This document shows, piece by piece, positions 11,640-20,155 of a stretch of 64,000 bases of DNA (position 1 is its first letter; the number at the start of each line of letters is the position of its first letter). The notes beneath the pieces were generated by a model, which made no database searches, was not told the DNA's origin, and saw only the letters and a list, made by a program, of their open reading frames with translations. Source of the stretch: an uncultured delta proteobacterium (GTDB lineage Bacteria > Myxococcota > Myxococcia > SLRQ01); contig CAVSGM010000009.1 of NCBI GenBank assembly GCA_963727485.1, forward strand, positions 32,001 through 96,000, given 5' to 3'. The position numbers and the translations under genes are program-made.

Positions 11640-12461
11640 ATGCTGGCCCTGATTCCCTGGTTCACCGTTCCCCCCCTCAAGCTCGGGCCCCTCGAGCTCC
11701 ACGCCTTCGGAGCCCTGGCCGCCGCGGGGATCCTCGTCGGCGCCCGGCTCATGGTCCGGGCCGTCAACAAGTACGGCCCCGGAGACGAGACGCCGCTGGC
11801 CGACGCCGCCCCCTGGGCCGTGGTCGGCGGCCTCGTCGGCGCCCACCTGATGCACGTGCTGCTCTACCACCCGGAGATGCTCCACGACGAAGGGTTCGTG
11901 GCCATCCTCAAGGTGTGGTCGGGCCTCTCGTCCATGGGCGGCGTCCTCGGGGGCCTCCTCGCCTTCCTGCTCTACATCCGGTGGCGGGGCAAGCGGCTCA
12001 TCCCCTACCTCAACGCCATGGCGCTGGGGGCGGCGCCGGGCTGGGCCATCGCCCGGATCGGCTGCTTCACCGCCCACGACCACCCGGGCGTCCACTCGCA
12101 CCTGTTCCTGGCGGTGGCCGACTGGCCGGGCCTCCCCGGGGGTGCCCGCCTCGACATGGGCCTGATGGGCTTCCTCCTGCTCACGGCGATCTCCGGGCTG
12201 CTCTACTTCCTGGCCCGCAAGCCCCGCCCCGAGGGGTGGCTGATGGGCATCCTGGCCCTGACCTACGCCCCGGCCCGCTTCGTCTTCGACTTCTTCCGGG
12301 CCCACGACCTGTCCTTCTACATCCAGGACCGGCGGATCTTCGACCTCACCCCCGCCCAGTGGGTGTGCCTCGGCCTCATCCCCACCGGGGTGTGGCTGCT
12401 GGTCCGCGCCCGGGGCCGGGAGCCGATGGTGGCGCCCAAGCCGGCGGCCGGTCAGTCGTAG
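11640..12461 (+). CDS. lgt: Prolipoprotein diacylglyceryl transferase (Lgt)-family protein, divergent
   Basis: LGPLELHAFG N-terminus, WSGLSSMGG, IARIGCF, YAPARFVFDFFR, LTPAQW; multi-TM; GGAGG RBS upstream. Confidence 0.75.
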   Translation: MLALIPWFTVPPLKLGPLELHAFGALAAAGILVGARLMVRAVNKYGPGDETPLADAAPWAVVGGLVGAHLMHVLLYHPEMLHDEGFVAILKVWSGLSSMGGVLGGLLAFLLYIRWRGKRLIPYLNAMALGAAPGWAIARIGCFTAHDHPGVHSHLFLAVADWPGLPGGARLDMGLMGFLLLTAISGLLYFLARKPRPEGWLMGILALTYAPARFVFDFFRAHDLSFYIQDRRIFDLTPAQWVCLGLIPTGVWLLVRARGREPMVAPKPAAGQS

Positions 12462-12724
12462 TGGATCAGGGTCCACACGCCGATCACCACGAAGAGCACC
12501 CCGGCCGCCCGGTGGAGCCACACCGGGGGGATGGCCTTGGTCAAGGCCTCGCCCGCCAGGACCGCCAGGGCCGAGGTGCACACCAGCGCCAGGGCCGAGC
12601 CCAGGAACACCGCCCACCGCGACCGACCCCCGGCGGCGAAGCTGAGGGTGGCGAGCTGGGTCTTGTCGCCAATCTCCGCGAGGAAGATGGCGGCGAAGGT
12701 GGTGGCGAAGAGCTTGTAGTCCAT
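12452..12724 (-). CDS. GDT1/TMEM165 (UPF0016) family single-repeat membrane protein
   Basis: Signature FLAEIGDKTQLAT; 3 TMs, 90 aa. Confidence 0.9.
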   Translation of the reverse strand: MDYKLFATTFAAIFLAEIGDKTQLATLSFAAGGRSRWAVFLGSALALVCTSALAVLAGEALTKAIPPVWLHRAAGVLFVVIGVWTLIHYD

Positions 12725-12796
12725 GGGGGCCTCCGGTCACCGGAGGATACCCGGGCGGCCGGCGGGGGAGAACGCCGGATCCCACGGATCGCCGCG

Positions 12797-13591
12797 GTGG
12801 CCCTGCTCGCCCTCGCCGCCGGCTGGCCGGCCGTGGGCCACGCCGCCTTCGACCAGACCCACGCCGCCTGGTCCCGGATCCTCGCGACCCACGTCCGGGA
12901 CGGGGCCTTCGACTACGCCGCCGTGGCCCGGCACCCCGAGGCCCTGCGCGCCTACCTGGCGAGCCTGGAGCAGGTGAAGACCGCCGAGTACGCGACCTTC
13001 ACCCCCAAGGAGCAGCTGGCGTTCTGGATCGACGCCTACAACGCCTACGCGGTGTGGCTCATCGCCCACAAGTGGCCGGTGACGCGCGTCGACCGGCGCG
13101 GGCACCTGTGGCAGGGGCTCCTCCGGGAGGCCTTCATCCCCTTGCAGGCGACCGGGGGCGACAAGCTCTCCCTCGACGACCTCGCCCACCACGTCCTCCG
13201 GGCGCACTTCGACGACCCGCGGTTCCACTTCGCCCTGGCCTGCGGAGCCCGGGGGTGCCCGCCGCTGCGCCCGGAGGCCTACGTGGCCTCGCGCCTCGAC
13301 GCCCAGCTCGACGACCAGACCCGCCGCTTCCTCGCCAGCCCCGCCGGGGCCCGGTACGACTTCGAGCCCGAGGTCCTCTGGCTCTCGCCGATCTTCGACT
13401 GGTACGACGGCGACTTCCGCCCCTCGGTGCGGGCCTTCGTCCTCCGCTTCCTCCCGGCGAAGACGGTGATGGCCATCCGCCTGGCTCGCGGGCGCCTGCG
13501 CCTGCGCTACCTCGACTACGACGACCGGATCCGCCGGGTCCCGGCGGCGGCCGTTCCCGCGCCCCTGGTGCCTACACCCGGTAGCCGGTGA
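12797..13591 (+). CDS. DUF547 domain secreted protein (start uncertain)
   Basis: EQLAFWIDAYNA, DPRFHFALACGARGCPPL, LSPIFDWYDGDF, YLDYD; signal-peptide-like N-terminus. Confidence 0.85.
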   Translation: MALLALAAGWPAVGHAAFDQTHAAWSRILATHVRDGAFDYAAVARHPEALRAYLASLEQVKTAEYATFTPKEQLAFWIDAYNAYAVWLIAHKWPVTRVDRRGHLWQGLLREAFIPLQATGGDKLSLDDLAHHVLRAHFDDPRFHFALACGARGCPPLRPEAYVASRLDAQLDDQTRRFLASPAGARYDFEPEVLWLSPIFDWYDGDFRPSVRAFVLRFLPAKTVMAIRLARGRLRLRYLDYDDRIRRVPAAAVPAPLVPTPGSR

Positions 13592-14633
13592 AGGCGTCGT
13601 CGTCGTCGAGGGTCTCGACCTCGAGGTGCCGGCTCTCGTCGCCTCGGGTCCAGGCCACCGCCCCCCGGGGGGCGTCCTTGCCCTTCCCGTAGCGGGCGAC
13701 GATCTGCGAGGCGAGGTGGAGGTCGGCGTCGGTGGGCGCGCCCTCGACCAGGGCCAGCGGCCCCAGGTGCTCGGTGGCGACGCCCCGCCACCGGCCCTCG
13801 GTGTAGCGCTCGAGGAGGGCGTTCTCGCCGTCGGTGCGGGCGACGATGAGCTTCACCCCGCCCGGGAGGCGGAAGTGGCGGCCCACGGCGAGGAGGACGA
13901 TGTCGTCCTTGGTGTAGCGCTTGCCCTCGCGGTGCTCGATGAGGTCCCGGAAGCGCCGGGCGTAGGAGGGATCGGTGAGGAAGCAGCAGCCGCCGGCGGG
14001 CTGGGGGAAGTCGGCGATGCCGTAGTCCTCGGCGATGGCGATCTGGGCCTTGCGGCTCCGGCCGGTGATCCCGAGCATGTCCTCGCGGCGGTAGAGGCCC
14101 TTCTCCTCGGCCTCGGTGGGCGGGAGGTGGCGCGCCGAGAGGGGGCGCAGGAGCCGTCCCTTGAGGCCCGCCTGCTTCTCGATGAGGTGGAGCGTGTCCT
14201 TGCGCTGGCTCTTGGGCCGCTGGCCCATGACCTCGCCGGTGAACACCAGCTCGGCGCCCTCCGCCTCCATGATCTCCCGGGCCTTCTTCATCATGAAGAT
14301 CCGGCAGTCGATGCAGGGGTTCATGTTGGCGCCGTAGCCGTACTTGGGGTTGGTGACCACGTCGACGTACTCGTCGGAGACGTCGATGAACTCGATCTCG
14401 GTCTCGGCCTCCGCCGCCGCCTGGAGGGGCTCGTTCTTGGGGACGGCCCCGTCCTTGGGGCGTCCGCCGAGGCGCCGGTGGGTCTCGGTGATGCAGAACC
14501 CGGTGTAGAAGTTCACCGCCTTCACCTCGAAGCCGAGCTTCTTCATGTGGTGGAGGGCGATGGTGGAGTCGAGGCCGCCGGAGATCATGGCGACGGCCTT
14601 GGGCTTCTTGTTCCCGGTGTCTTCCTGGCTCAC
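13572..14633 (-). CDS. PP-loop tRNA thiouridylase-like protein (ThiI/MnmA-related, no THUMP domain)
   Basis: SGGLDS PP-loop, NPCIDCR, TGEVMGQRPKSQ, PAGGCCFLTDP, GRHFRL; GTG start at 14633. Confidence 0.85.
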   Translation of the reverse strand: MSQEDTGNKKPKAVAMISGGLDSTIALHHMKKLGFEVKAVNFYTGFCITETHRRLGGRPKDGAVPKNEPLQAAAEAETEIEFIDVSDEYVDVVTNPKYGYGANMNPCIDCRIFMMKKAREIMEAEGAELVFTGEVMGQRPKSQRKDTLHLIEKQAGLKGRLLRPLSARHLPPTEAEEKGLYRREDMLGITGRSRKAQIAIAEDYGIADFPQPAGGCCFLTDPSYARRFRDLIEHREGKRYTKDDIVLLAVGRHFRLPGGVKLIVARTDGENALLERYTEGRWRGVATEHLGPLALVEGAPTDADLHLASQIVARYGKGKDAPRGAVAWTRGDESRHLEVETLDDDDAFTGYRV

Positions 14634-14659
14634 GGCTTGACGTCCTGAGGGCGGGGGGG

Positions 14660-14903
14660 TCAGTGGCTGCGGCGGACCCGGACCTGGATGACCTCGCCCT
14701 CGGTGGCGAGACCGAGGAGCTCGTGGCCGGTGGCCTTGCACCAGGCGGGCATGTCGCTCTCCACGCCGCGGTCGGTGCTCGAGTACCAGAACGATCTCGC
14801 CCACCTCAACCCGCTTCACCGCCTTGGCGGTCTCGATGATGGGCCGCGGGCAGAACTCGCCGCGGACGTCCACGATCTCGGCGGGGGACGCCAGGGCGCT
14901 CAT
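14660..14903 (-). CDS. tusA: TusA/SirA-family sulfur carrier (1-bp frameshift near 14780)
   Basis: VDVRGEFCPRPII motif, then TDRGVESDMPAWCKATGHELL after the frame change; span is 3n+1. Confidence 0.85.
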
Positions 14904-15157
14904 ACGGTGGACGCCTTCGCCTGGGCCTCGAGGTAGCGGGCGTCGTCGCGCTTGGTGGCGATGTGGAAGCGCAGGAGGCGCACCCGGCAGGCCTCGAACA
15001 TGTCGCCCTGCTGGCCGTTGTCCCGCAGGGGGCACTCCCAGCAGCGCTCGGCCTGGTCCTCGAGGCGGACCCAGGTCTCGTAGCCGAGCCGCCCCGCCTC
15101 GTACTCGGCCTTGGTGGTGGTCTCGAGGAACTCGAGGTGGCGGGAGGAGATGCACAT
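14900..15157 (-). CDS. Hypothetical protein with CxxC
   Basis: 85 aa, typical codon usage, stop overlaps tusA ATG (ATGA); CWEC motif. Confidence 0.65.
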   Translation of the reverse strand: MCISSRHLEFLETTTKAEYEAGRLGYETWVRLEDQAERCWECPLRDNGQQGDMFEACRVRLLRFHIATKRDDARYLEAQAKASTV

Positions 15158-15376
15158 CGGGGGCGAGGAGGATTATAGGGCCACGGGTTGCGCCGACGCG
15201 AACCGCGGGAGGGTGGGAATGCACCCGGAGCCAGGCGCGTTGGGCGCCGAGGGGTGACGGGTCCCCCCACCGCTTGCCCGGGTAGGGCCCTTCTGGTAGC
15301 ATCCCGTGCCCTGCGCAAGGACAGCCGTAATCCCTTGATATTTCAGGCGAAACACCCCCGCCTGCGGAGTCGATAG

Positions 15377-17341
15377 ATGAAGAACGTGAGCGTCGTCGTC
15401 GCCCTCGTCGTGGGGCTCGTGATTGGTCTGGCCGTCGGCCGCATGACCGTCGAGCCCAAGGATGCCAACGCCCCGTCGGTGGCGGCCAACGATCACCCCG
15501 CGCCCAGCCCCGCGCCCGCGGCGGCCAACAACGGCGCCGAGACGGTCTACAAGGTGCCGGTGGGGGACGGCCACGTGCGCGGCCCCGCCGACGCCCCGGT
15601 GACCCTGATCGAGTTCGCCGACTACCAGTGCCCCTTCTGCGTGCGCGCCTTCGGGACGGTGCAGCAGATCCGGAAGGCCTACGGCGACCAGATCCGCTAC
15701 GTCTTCAAGAACAACCCCCTCTCGATGCACCAGTACGCCGCCGGGGCCGCCGAGGCCGCCGAGGCTGCCGCGGCCCAGGGGAAGTTCTGGCAGTTCCACG
15801 ACAAGCTCTACGAGTCGAACGGCAAGCTGACCCAGGCGGACCTCGACGGCTACGCCCAGGCCCTCGGCCTCGACATGGCCAAGTTCAAGCACGACGTGTC
15901 GACCAACGCCTACAAGGCCAAGATCGACGCGCAGCAGCATGAGGCCGTGAGCATGGGGGCCGGCGGCACCCCGGCGTTCTTCATCAACGGCGTCTACGTG
16001 CGCGGGGCCCAGCCCTTCTCCACCTTCAAGCGGGTCATCGACGCCCAGCTCGCCAAGGCCAAGGCCCTCGAGGCCAAGGGCGTGGCGCCCAAGGACGTCT
16101 ACGCCACCCTCATCGCCCACGGCGCCACCACCATCGCCCGGCCCAAGCCGCGCCAGCAGCCCAACCGGCCGGCGCCGAAGCAGTTCGCCAAGGTGGTGCT
16201 CACGCCCAAGGACCACGTCCGCGGGCCCGCCGACGCCAAGGTCACCATCGTCGAGTGGTCGGACTACCAGTGCCCCTTCTGCAAGCGGGCCGAGCCCACC
16301 ATCGACCAGATCGAGAAGACCTACGGGAAGAACATCCGCTTCGTGTTCCGCAACTTCCCCCTCTCGTTCCACCCCTACGCCAACATCGCCGCCGAGGCCG
16401 CCGAGGCCGCCGCCGCCCAGGGCAAGTTCTGGCAGTTCCACGACAAGCTCTACGAGGTGTCGCCGAAGCTCGACCGGGCCTCCCTCGAGAGCTACGCCCA
16501 GGGGCTCGGCCTGAACATGGCCAAGTTCAAGAAGGCCCTCGACACCAACGAGTACAAGTCGTTCATCGACGGCCAGGAGCAGGACGGCCAGCAGCACGGC
16601 GTGAGCGGGACCCCGACCTTCTTCATCAACGGGCGCAAGCTCGTCGGGGCCCAGCCCTTCTCCGCCTTCAAGCCGGTCATCGATGAGCAGATCAAGGCCG
16701 CCGACGCGCTCCTCCAGAAGGGCACGCCCGCAGCAAAGCTCTACGCCAAGCTGATGACCGAGAACGAGGCCAAGTTCGGGAAGAGCGCCCCGGCGCCGCG
16801 GGGTCCGGCCCCGGACACCAAGGTCTACAAGATCGCCATCGGCAACTCGCCGGCCAAGGGCCCCAAGAACGCGCCGGTGACCATCGTCGAGTGGTCCGAC
16901 TTCCAGTGCCCGTTCTGCAAGCGCGCCGAGGGCACGGTGGACCAGGTCCTCAAGGAGTACAAGGGCAAGATCCGCCTCGTCTACAAGCAGTACCCCCTGC
17001 CCTTCCACCCCTACGCCCAGAAGGCCGCCGAGGCCGCCGTCGCCGCCAAGGCCCAGGGCAAGTTCTGGCCCTACCACGACCTCCTGTTCAAGGAGTCGCC
17101 GAAGCTGACCCAGGCCGACCTGGCGCAGTACGCGCAGCAGGTGGGGCTGAACGTGTCCAAGTTCAAGCAGGCCCTCGCCAGCAACGAGTACGCCCCGGTG
17201 GTCAGCGCCGAGAAGAAGGAGGGCGAGGCCGTGGGGACCAACGGCACGCCGACGTTCTTCATCAACGGGCACAAGCTCGTGGGGGCGCAGCCGCTGTCGG
17301 CGTTCAAGCAGGTGATCGACGCGCAGCTCAAGGGCAAGTAG
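15377..17341 (+). CDS. Triple-domain DsbA/thioredoxin-fold protein, copy 1
   Basis: Three repeats of E(F/W)xD(Y/F)QCPFC ... GTPxFFING ... GAQP; N-terminal TM anchor. Confidence 0.93.
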   Translation: MKNVSVVVALVVGLVIGLAVGRMTVEPKDANAPSVAANDHPAPSPAPAAANNGAETVYKVPVGDGHVRGPADAPVTLIEFADYQCPFCVRAFGTVQQIRKAYGDQIRYVFKNNPLSMHQYAAGAAEAAEAAAAQGKFWQFHDKLYESNGKLTQADLDGYAQALGLDMAKFKHDVSTNAYKAKIDAQQHEAVSMGAGGTPAFFINGVYVRGAQPFSTFKRVIDAQLAKAKALEAKGVAPKDVYATLIAHGATTIARPKPRQQPNRPAPKQFAKVVLTPKDHVRGPADAKVTIVEWSDYQCPFCKRAEPTIDQIEKTYGKNIRFVFRNFPLSFHPYANIAAEAAEAAAAQGKFWQFHDKLYEVSPKLDRASLESYAQGLGLNMAKFKKALDTNEYKSFIDGQEQDGQQHGVSGTPTFFINGRKLVGAQPFSAFKPVIDEQIKAADALLQKGTPAAKLYAKLMTENEAKFGKSAPAPRGPAPDTKVYKIAIGNSPAKGPKNAPVTIVEWSDFQCPFCKRAEGTVDQVLKEYKGKIRLVYKQYPLPFHPYAQKAAEAAVAAKAQGKFWPYHDLLFKESPKLTQADLAQYAQQVGLNVSKFKQALASNEYAPVVSAEKKEGEAVGTNGTPTFFINGHKLVGAQPLSAFKQVIDAQLKGK

Positions 17342-17402
17342 ACGCCCGCCACGCCAGGCACGGCCGCCGGGAGGTGGCCGGGGCCGGCGCGGGAGCTCAC
17401 GT

Positions 17403-17430
17403 GGGCCCGCTTCCGGGAGGAGGCGGGCCC
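17403..17430 (+). terminator. GC-rich hairpin after dsbA copy 1 (near-identical copy at ~19877-19902)
   Basis: GGGCCCGCTTCC-GGGA-GGAGGCGGGCCC inverted repeat followed by a weak T-rich tract. Confidence 0.45.
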
Positions 17431-17476
17431 GCTGCTTTGGTTGGGGCGGGATGGCGGTCTCGCGGGGGGTCTTCAG

Positions 17477-17712
17477 GCTCCGGATCAACCGGGCCCGCCG
17501 GAACCCGCCCGTCTTCCCCCAACGCGATGGGCGCGCTGCCGACCACGCGGGGGAAGGGCCGCCGGCGACCGGCGACCGGCGCCTGGCAGCGCCGACCTCG
17601 CACGGGTCCTCCCGTCGGGGCTTCGGGCGCCGGGTGGCACGGAGCCGGGGAGTCCCCAAGCTCCGGATCAAGCGGGCCCGCCGGAACCCGCCCGTCTTCC
17701 CCCAACGCGATG
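17477..17712. repeat. Two 53-bp direct repeats (17477-17529, 17660-17712), partial third copy at 20018-20035
   Basis: GCTCCGGATCAA(C/G)CGGGCCCGCCGGAACCCGCCCGTCTTCCCCCAACGCGATG with one mismatch, 183-bp period. Confidence 0.9.
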
Positions 17713-17892
17713 TCGGCCTCGCCGTTGCGGGTGACACCCCGTCTCTGCGGGGTCCCGCACCCCGTGCCGTGCGCCGGCCCCGGCGGAGCCGGCGGGCCGG
17801 TCAACCGACAGAATCCCCCGCGGCACCTTCCCCTCGCCGATCTCCACCTGATATTCGAGGAGATTCACCCCTCCCCGCGCCTGGAGTCCCGA

Positions 17893-19848
17893 ATGAAGAA
17901 CATGAGCGTCGTCGCCGCCCTGGTCGCCGGGCTCCTGGTCGGTCCCACCGCCGGCTGCGCCACCGCGGCGCCGAAGCAGGCCCCCGCCGCACCCACGGCG
18001 GCCAAGGCCCACCCGAGCCCGGCGCCGGCGGCCAACGACGGCGCCCAGAGAGTCTACCGGGTGCCCATCGGTGACGGGCACGTGCGCGGCCCCGCCGACG
18101 CCCCGGTGACCATCGTCGAGTTCGCCGACTACCAGTGCCCGTTCTGCATCCGCGCCTTCGCGACGCTGCAGCGGCTCCGGAAGATCTACGGCGATCAGGT
18201 CCGGTTCGTGTTCAAGAACAACCCCCTGCTCTTCCACCAGTACGCGGCCGGCGCCGCCGAGGCCGCCGAGGCCGCCGGCGCCCAGGGGAAGTTCTGGGCC
18301 TACCACGACCTCCTCTTCCGGAAGTCACCGAACCTCACGCCGTCGGAGCTCGAGCAGTCCGCCCAGCAGCTCGGCCTCGACATGGCCAGGTTCAGGCAGG
18401 ACGTGTCGTCCAACGCATACCAGCACAAGATCGCCGCACAGCAGAGCCAGGCGGTGAGCTTGGGCGCCACCGGCACCCCGGCCTTCTTCATCAACGGCGT
18501 CTACGTGCGCGGGGCCCAGCCCTTCTCCAAGTTCAAGCGGGTCATCGACGCCCAGCTCGCCCAGGCCAAGGCCCTCGAGGCCAAGGGCGTGGCTCCCAAG
18601 GACCTCTACGCCACCCTCATCGCCCACGGCGCCACCCACGTCGCCCTGCCCAGGCCGCACCGCCGGGCCAGGCGGCCAGCGCCGACGCAGTTCGCCCGGA
18701 TCGTCCTCACCCCCAAGGATCACGTCCGCGGGCCGGCCGGCGCCAAGGTGACCATGGTCGAGTTCGGCGACTACCAGTGCCCCTTCTGCAAGCGGGCCGA
18801 GTCGACCGTCGATCAGATCCGGAAGACCTACGGGGAGCAGGTGCGCTTCGTGTTCCGCAACTTCCCCCTGCCGTTCCACAAGTACGCGGACGGCGCCGCC
18901 GAGGCCGCCGAGGCCGCCGCCGCCCAGGGCAAGTTCTGGCAGTTCCATGACAAGCTCTACGAGGTCTCGCCGAAGCTCGACCGCGCCTCCCTCGAGGGCT
19001 ACGCCCAGGGGCTCGGTCTGGACCTGACCAGGTTCAAGAAGGCCCTCGACACCAACGCCTACAGGTCCTTCATCTACGGCCAGGAGCAGGACGGCCAGCA
19101 GCACGGCGTCGGCGGCACCCCGACCTTCTTCGTGAACGGTCGCAAGATCTCCGGGGCCCAGCCGTTCTCCGCCTTCAAGACCGTCCTCGACGAGGAGATC
19201 CAGCACGCCGACGCCCTCCTGAAGAAGGGGACCCCGGCGAAGCAGATCTACGCCAAGCTGATGGAGGAGAACGAGGCCAGGTACGGCAAGTCCGCCCCGG
19301 CCCGCCGCGGCCCGGCCCCGGACGACAAGGTCTACAAGATCGCCATCGGCAACTCGCCGGCCAAGGGTCCCAAGAACGCGCCGGTGACCATCGTCGAGTG
19401 GTCCGACTTCCAGTGCCCGTTCTGCAAGCGCGCCGAGGGCACGGTGGAGCAGCTCCTCGAGCAGTACCAGGGCAAGATCCGCTTCGTGTACAAGCAGTAC
19501 CCCCTGCCCTTCCACCCCTACGCCGAGAAGGCCGCCGAGGCCGCCATCGCCGCCAAGGCCCAGGGCAAGTTCTGGCCCTACCACGACCTCCTGTTCAAGG
19601 AGTCGCCGGAGCTGACCCAGGCCGACCTGGCGCAGTACGCGCAGCAGGTGGGGCTGAACGTCTCCAAGTTCAAGCAGGCCCTGGACAGCGACGAGTACGC
19701 CCCCGCGGTCGCCGCCGAGCTGAAGGAAGGCCAGGCCGTCGGGACCCGAGGGACGCCCACCTTCTTCATCAACGGGCACAAGCTCGTGGGCGCGCAGCCG
19801 CTCTGGCGATTCCAGCAGGTGATCGACGCGCAGCTCAAGGGCAAGTAG
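17893..19848 (+). CDS. Triple-domain DsbA/thioredoxin-fold protein, copy 2 (possible lipoprotein)
   Basis: Paralog of 15377..17341 with three CPFC sites; start MKNMSVV after GGAG; N-terminus has TAGC lipobox-like motif. Confidence 0.92.
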   Translation: MKNMSVVAALVAGLLVGPTAGCATAAPKQAPAAPTAAKAHPSPAPAANDGAQRVYRVPIGDGHVRGPADAPVTIVEFADYQCPFCIRAFATLQRLRKIYGDQVRFVFKNNPLLFHQYAAGAAEAAEAAGAQGKFWAYHDLLFRKSPNLTPSELEQSAQQLGLDMARFRQDVSSNAYQHKIAAQQSQAVSLGATGTPAFFINGVYVRGAQPFSKFKRVIDAQLAQAKALEAKGVAPKDLYATLIAHGATHVALPRPHRRARRPAPTQFARIVLTPKDHVRGPAGAKVTMVEFGDYQCPFCKRAESTVDQIRKTYGEQVRFVFRNFPLPFHKYADGAAEAAEAAAAQGKFWQFHDKLYEVSPKLDRASLEGYAQGLGLDLTRFKKALDTNAYRSFIYGQEQDGQQHGVGGTPTFFVNGRKISGAQPFSAFKTVLDEEIQHADALLKKGTPAKQIYAKLMEENEARYGKSAPARRGPAPDDKVYKIAIGNSPAKGPKNAPVTIVEWSDFQCPFCKRAEGTVEQLLEQYQGKIRFVYKQYPLPFHPYAEKAAEAAIAAKAQGKFWPYHDLLFKESPELTQADLAQYAQQVGLNVSKFKQALDSDEYAPAVAAELKEGQAVGTRGTPTFFINGHKLVGAQPLWRFQQVIDAQLKGK

Positions 19849-20155
19849 GCGCCGGGGACGGCGAGGGGGCTCATGTGGGCCCGCTTCCGGGAGGAGGCGG
19901 GCCGTTCGTTGGGGCTGGGTGGGATCGACGAGGCGGGACCGCGCCGATGGCCGCGTGGCGGGTGCTCCGGTGAAGCGTTCGGGCGCCGGGTGGCACGGAG
20001 CCGGCGAGCTCCCGCGGGCTCTGGATCAAGCGGGCGAGCTTGAAAGCGGCCTGTGGACCCCCACCGTGGGGCCGCGCGGCGCGGCATGGCCCGGCACGTC
20101 GCCCCTGCAGGGTCCCCCACCCCTGGCCCTGCGCCGGCCGCGGCGGCGCCGGCAC

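Noticed and set aside
17477..17712. CRISPR array
   Set aside because: Only two 53-bp copies with a 130-bp spacer, and no cas genes.
15173..17737. Long antisense ORFs (also 48510-53051, 52531-58422, 42137-46150, 27226-29496 and others)
   Set aside because: Shadow ORFs typical of very high GC DNA, lying opposite well-supported genes and lacking motifs.
19991..20006. Sigma-54 promoter TGGCACGGAGCCGGC
   Set aside because: Weak -12 element, the paralogous copy at 17635 lacks the GC, and it points into a convergent gene end.
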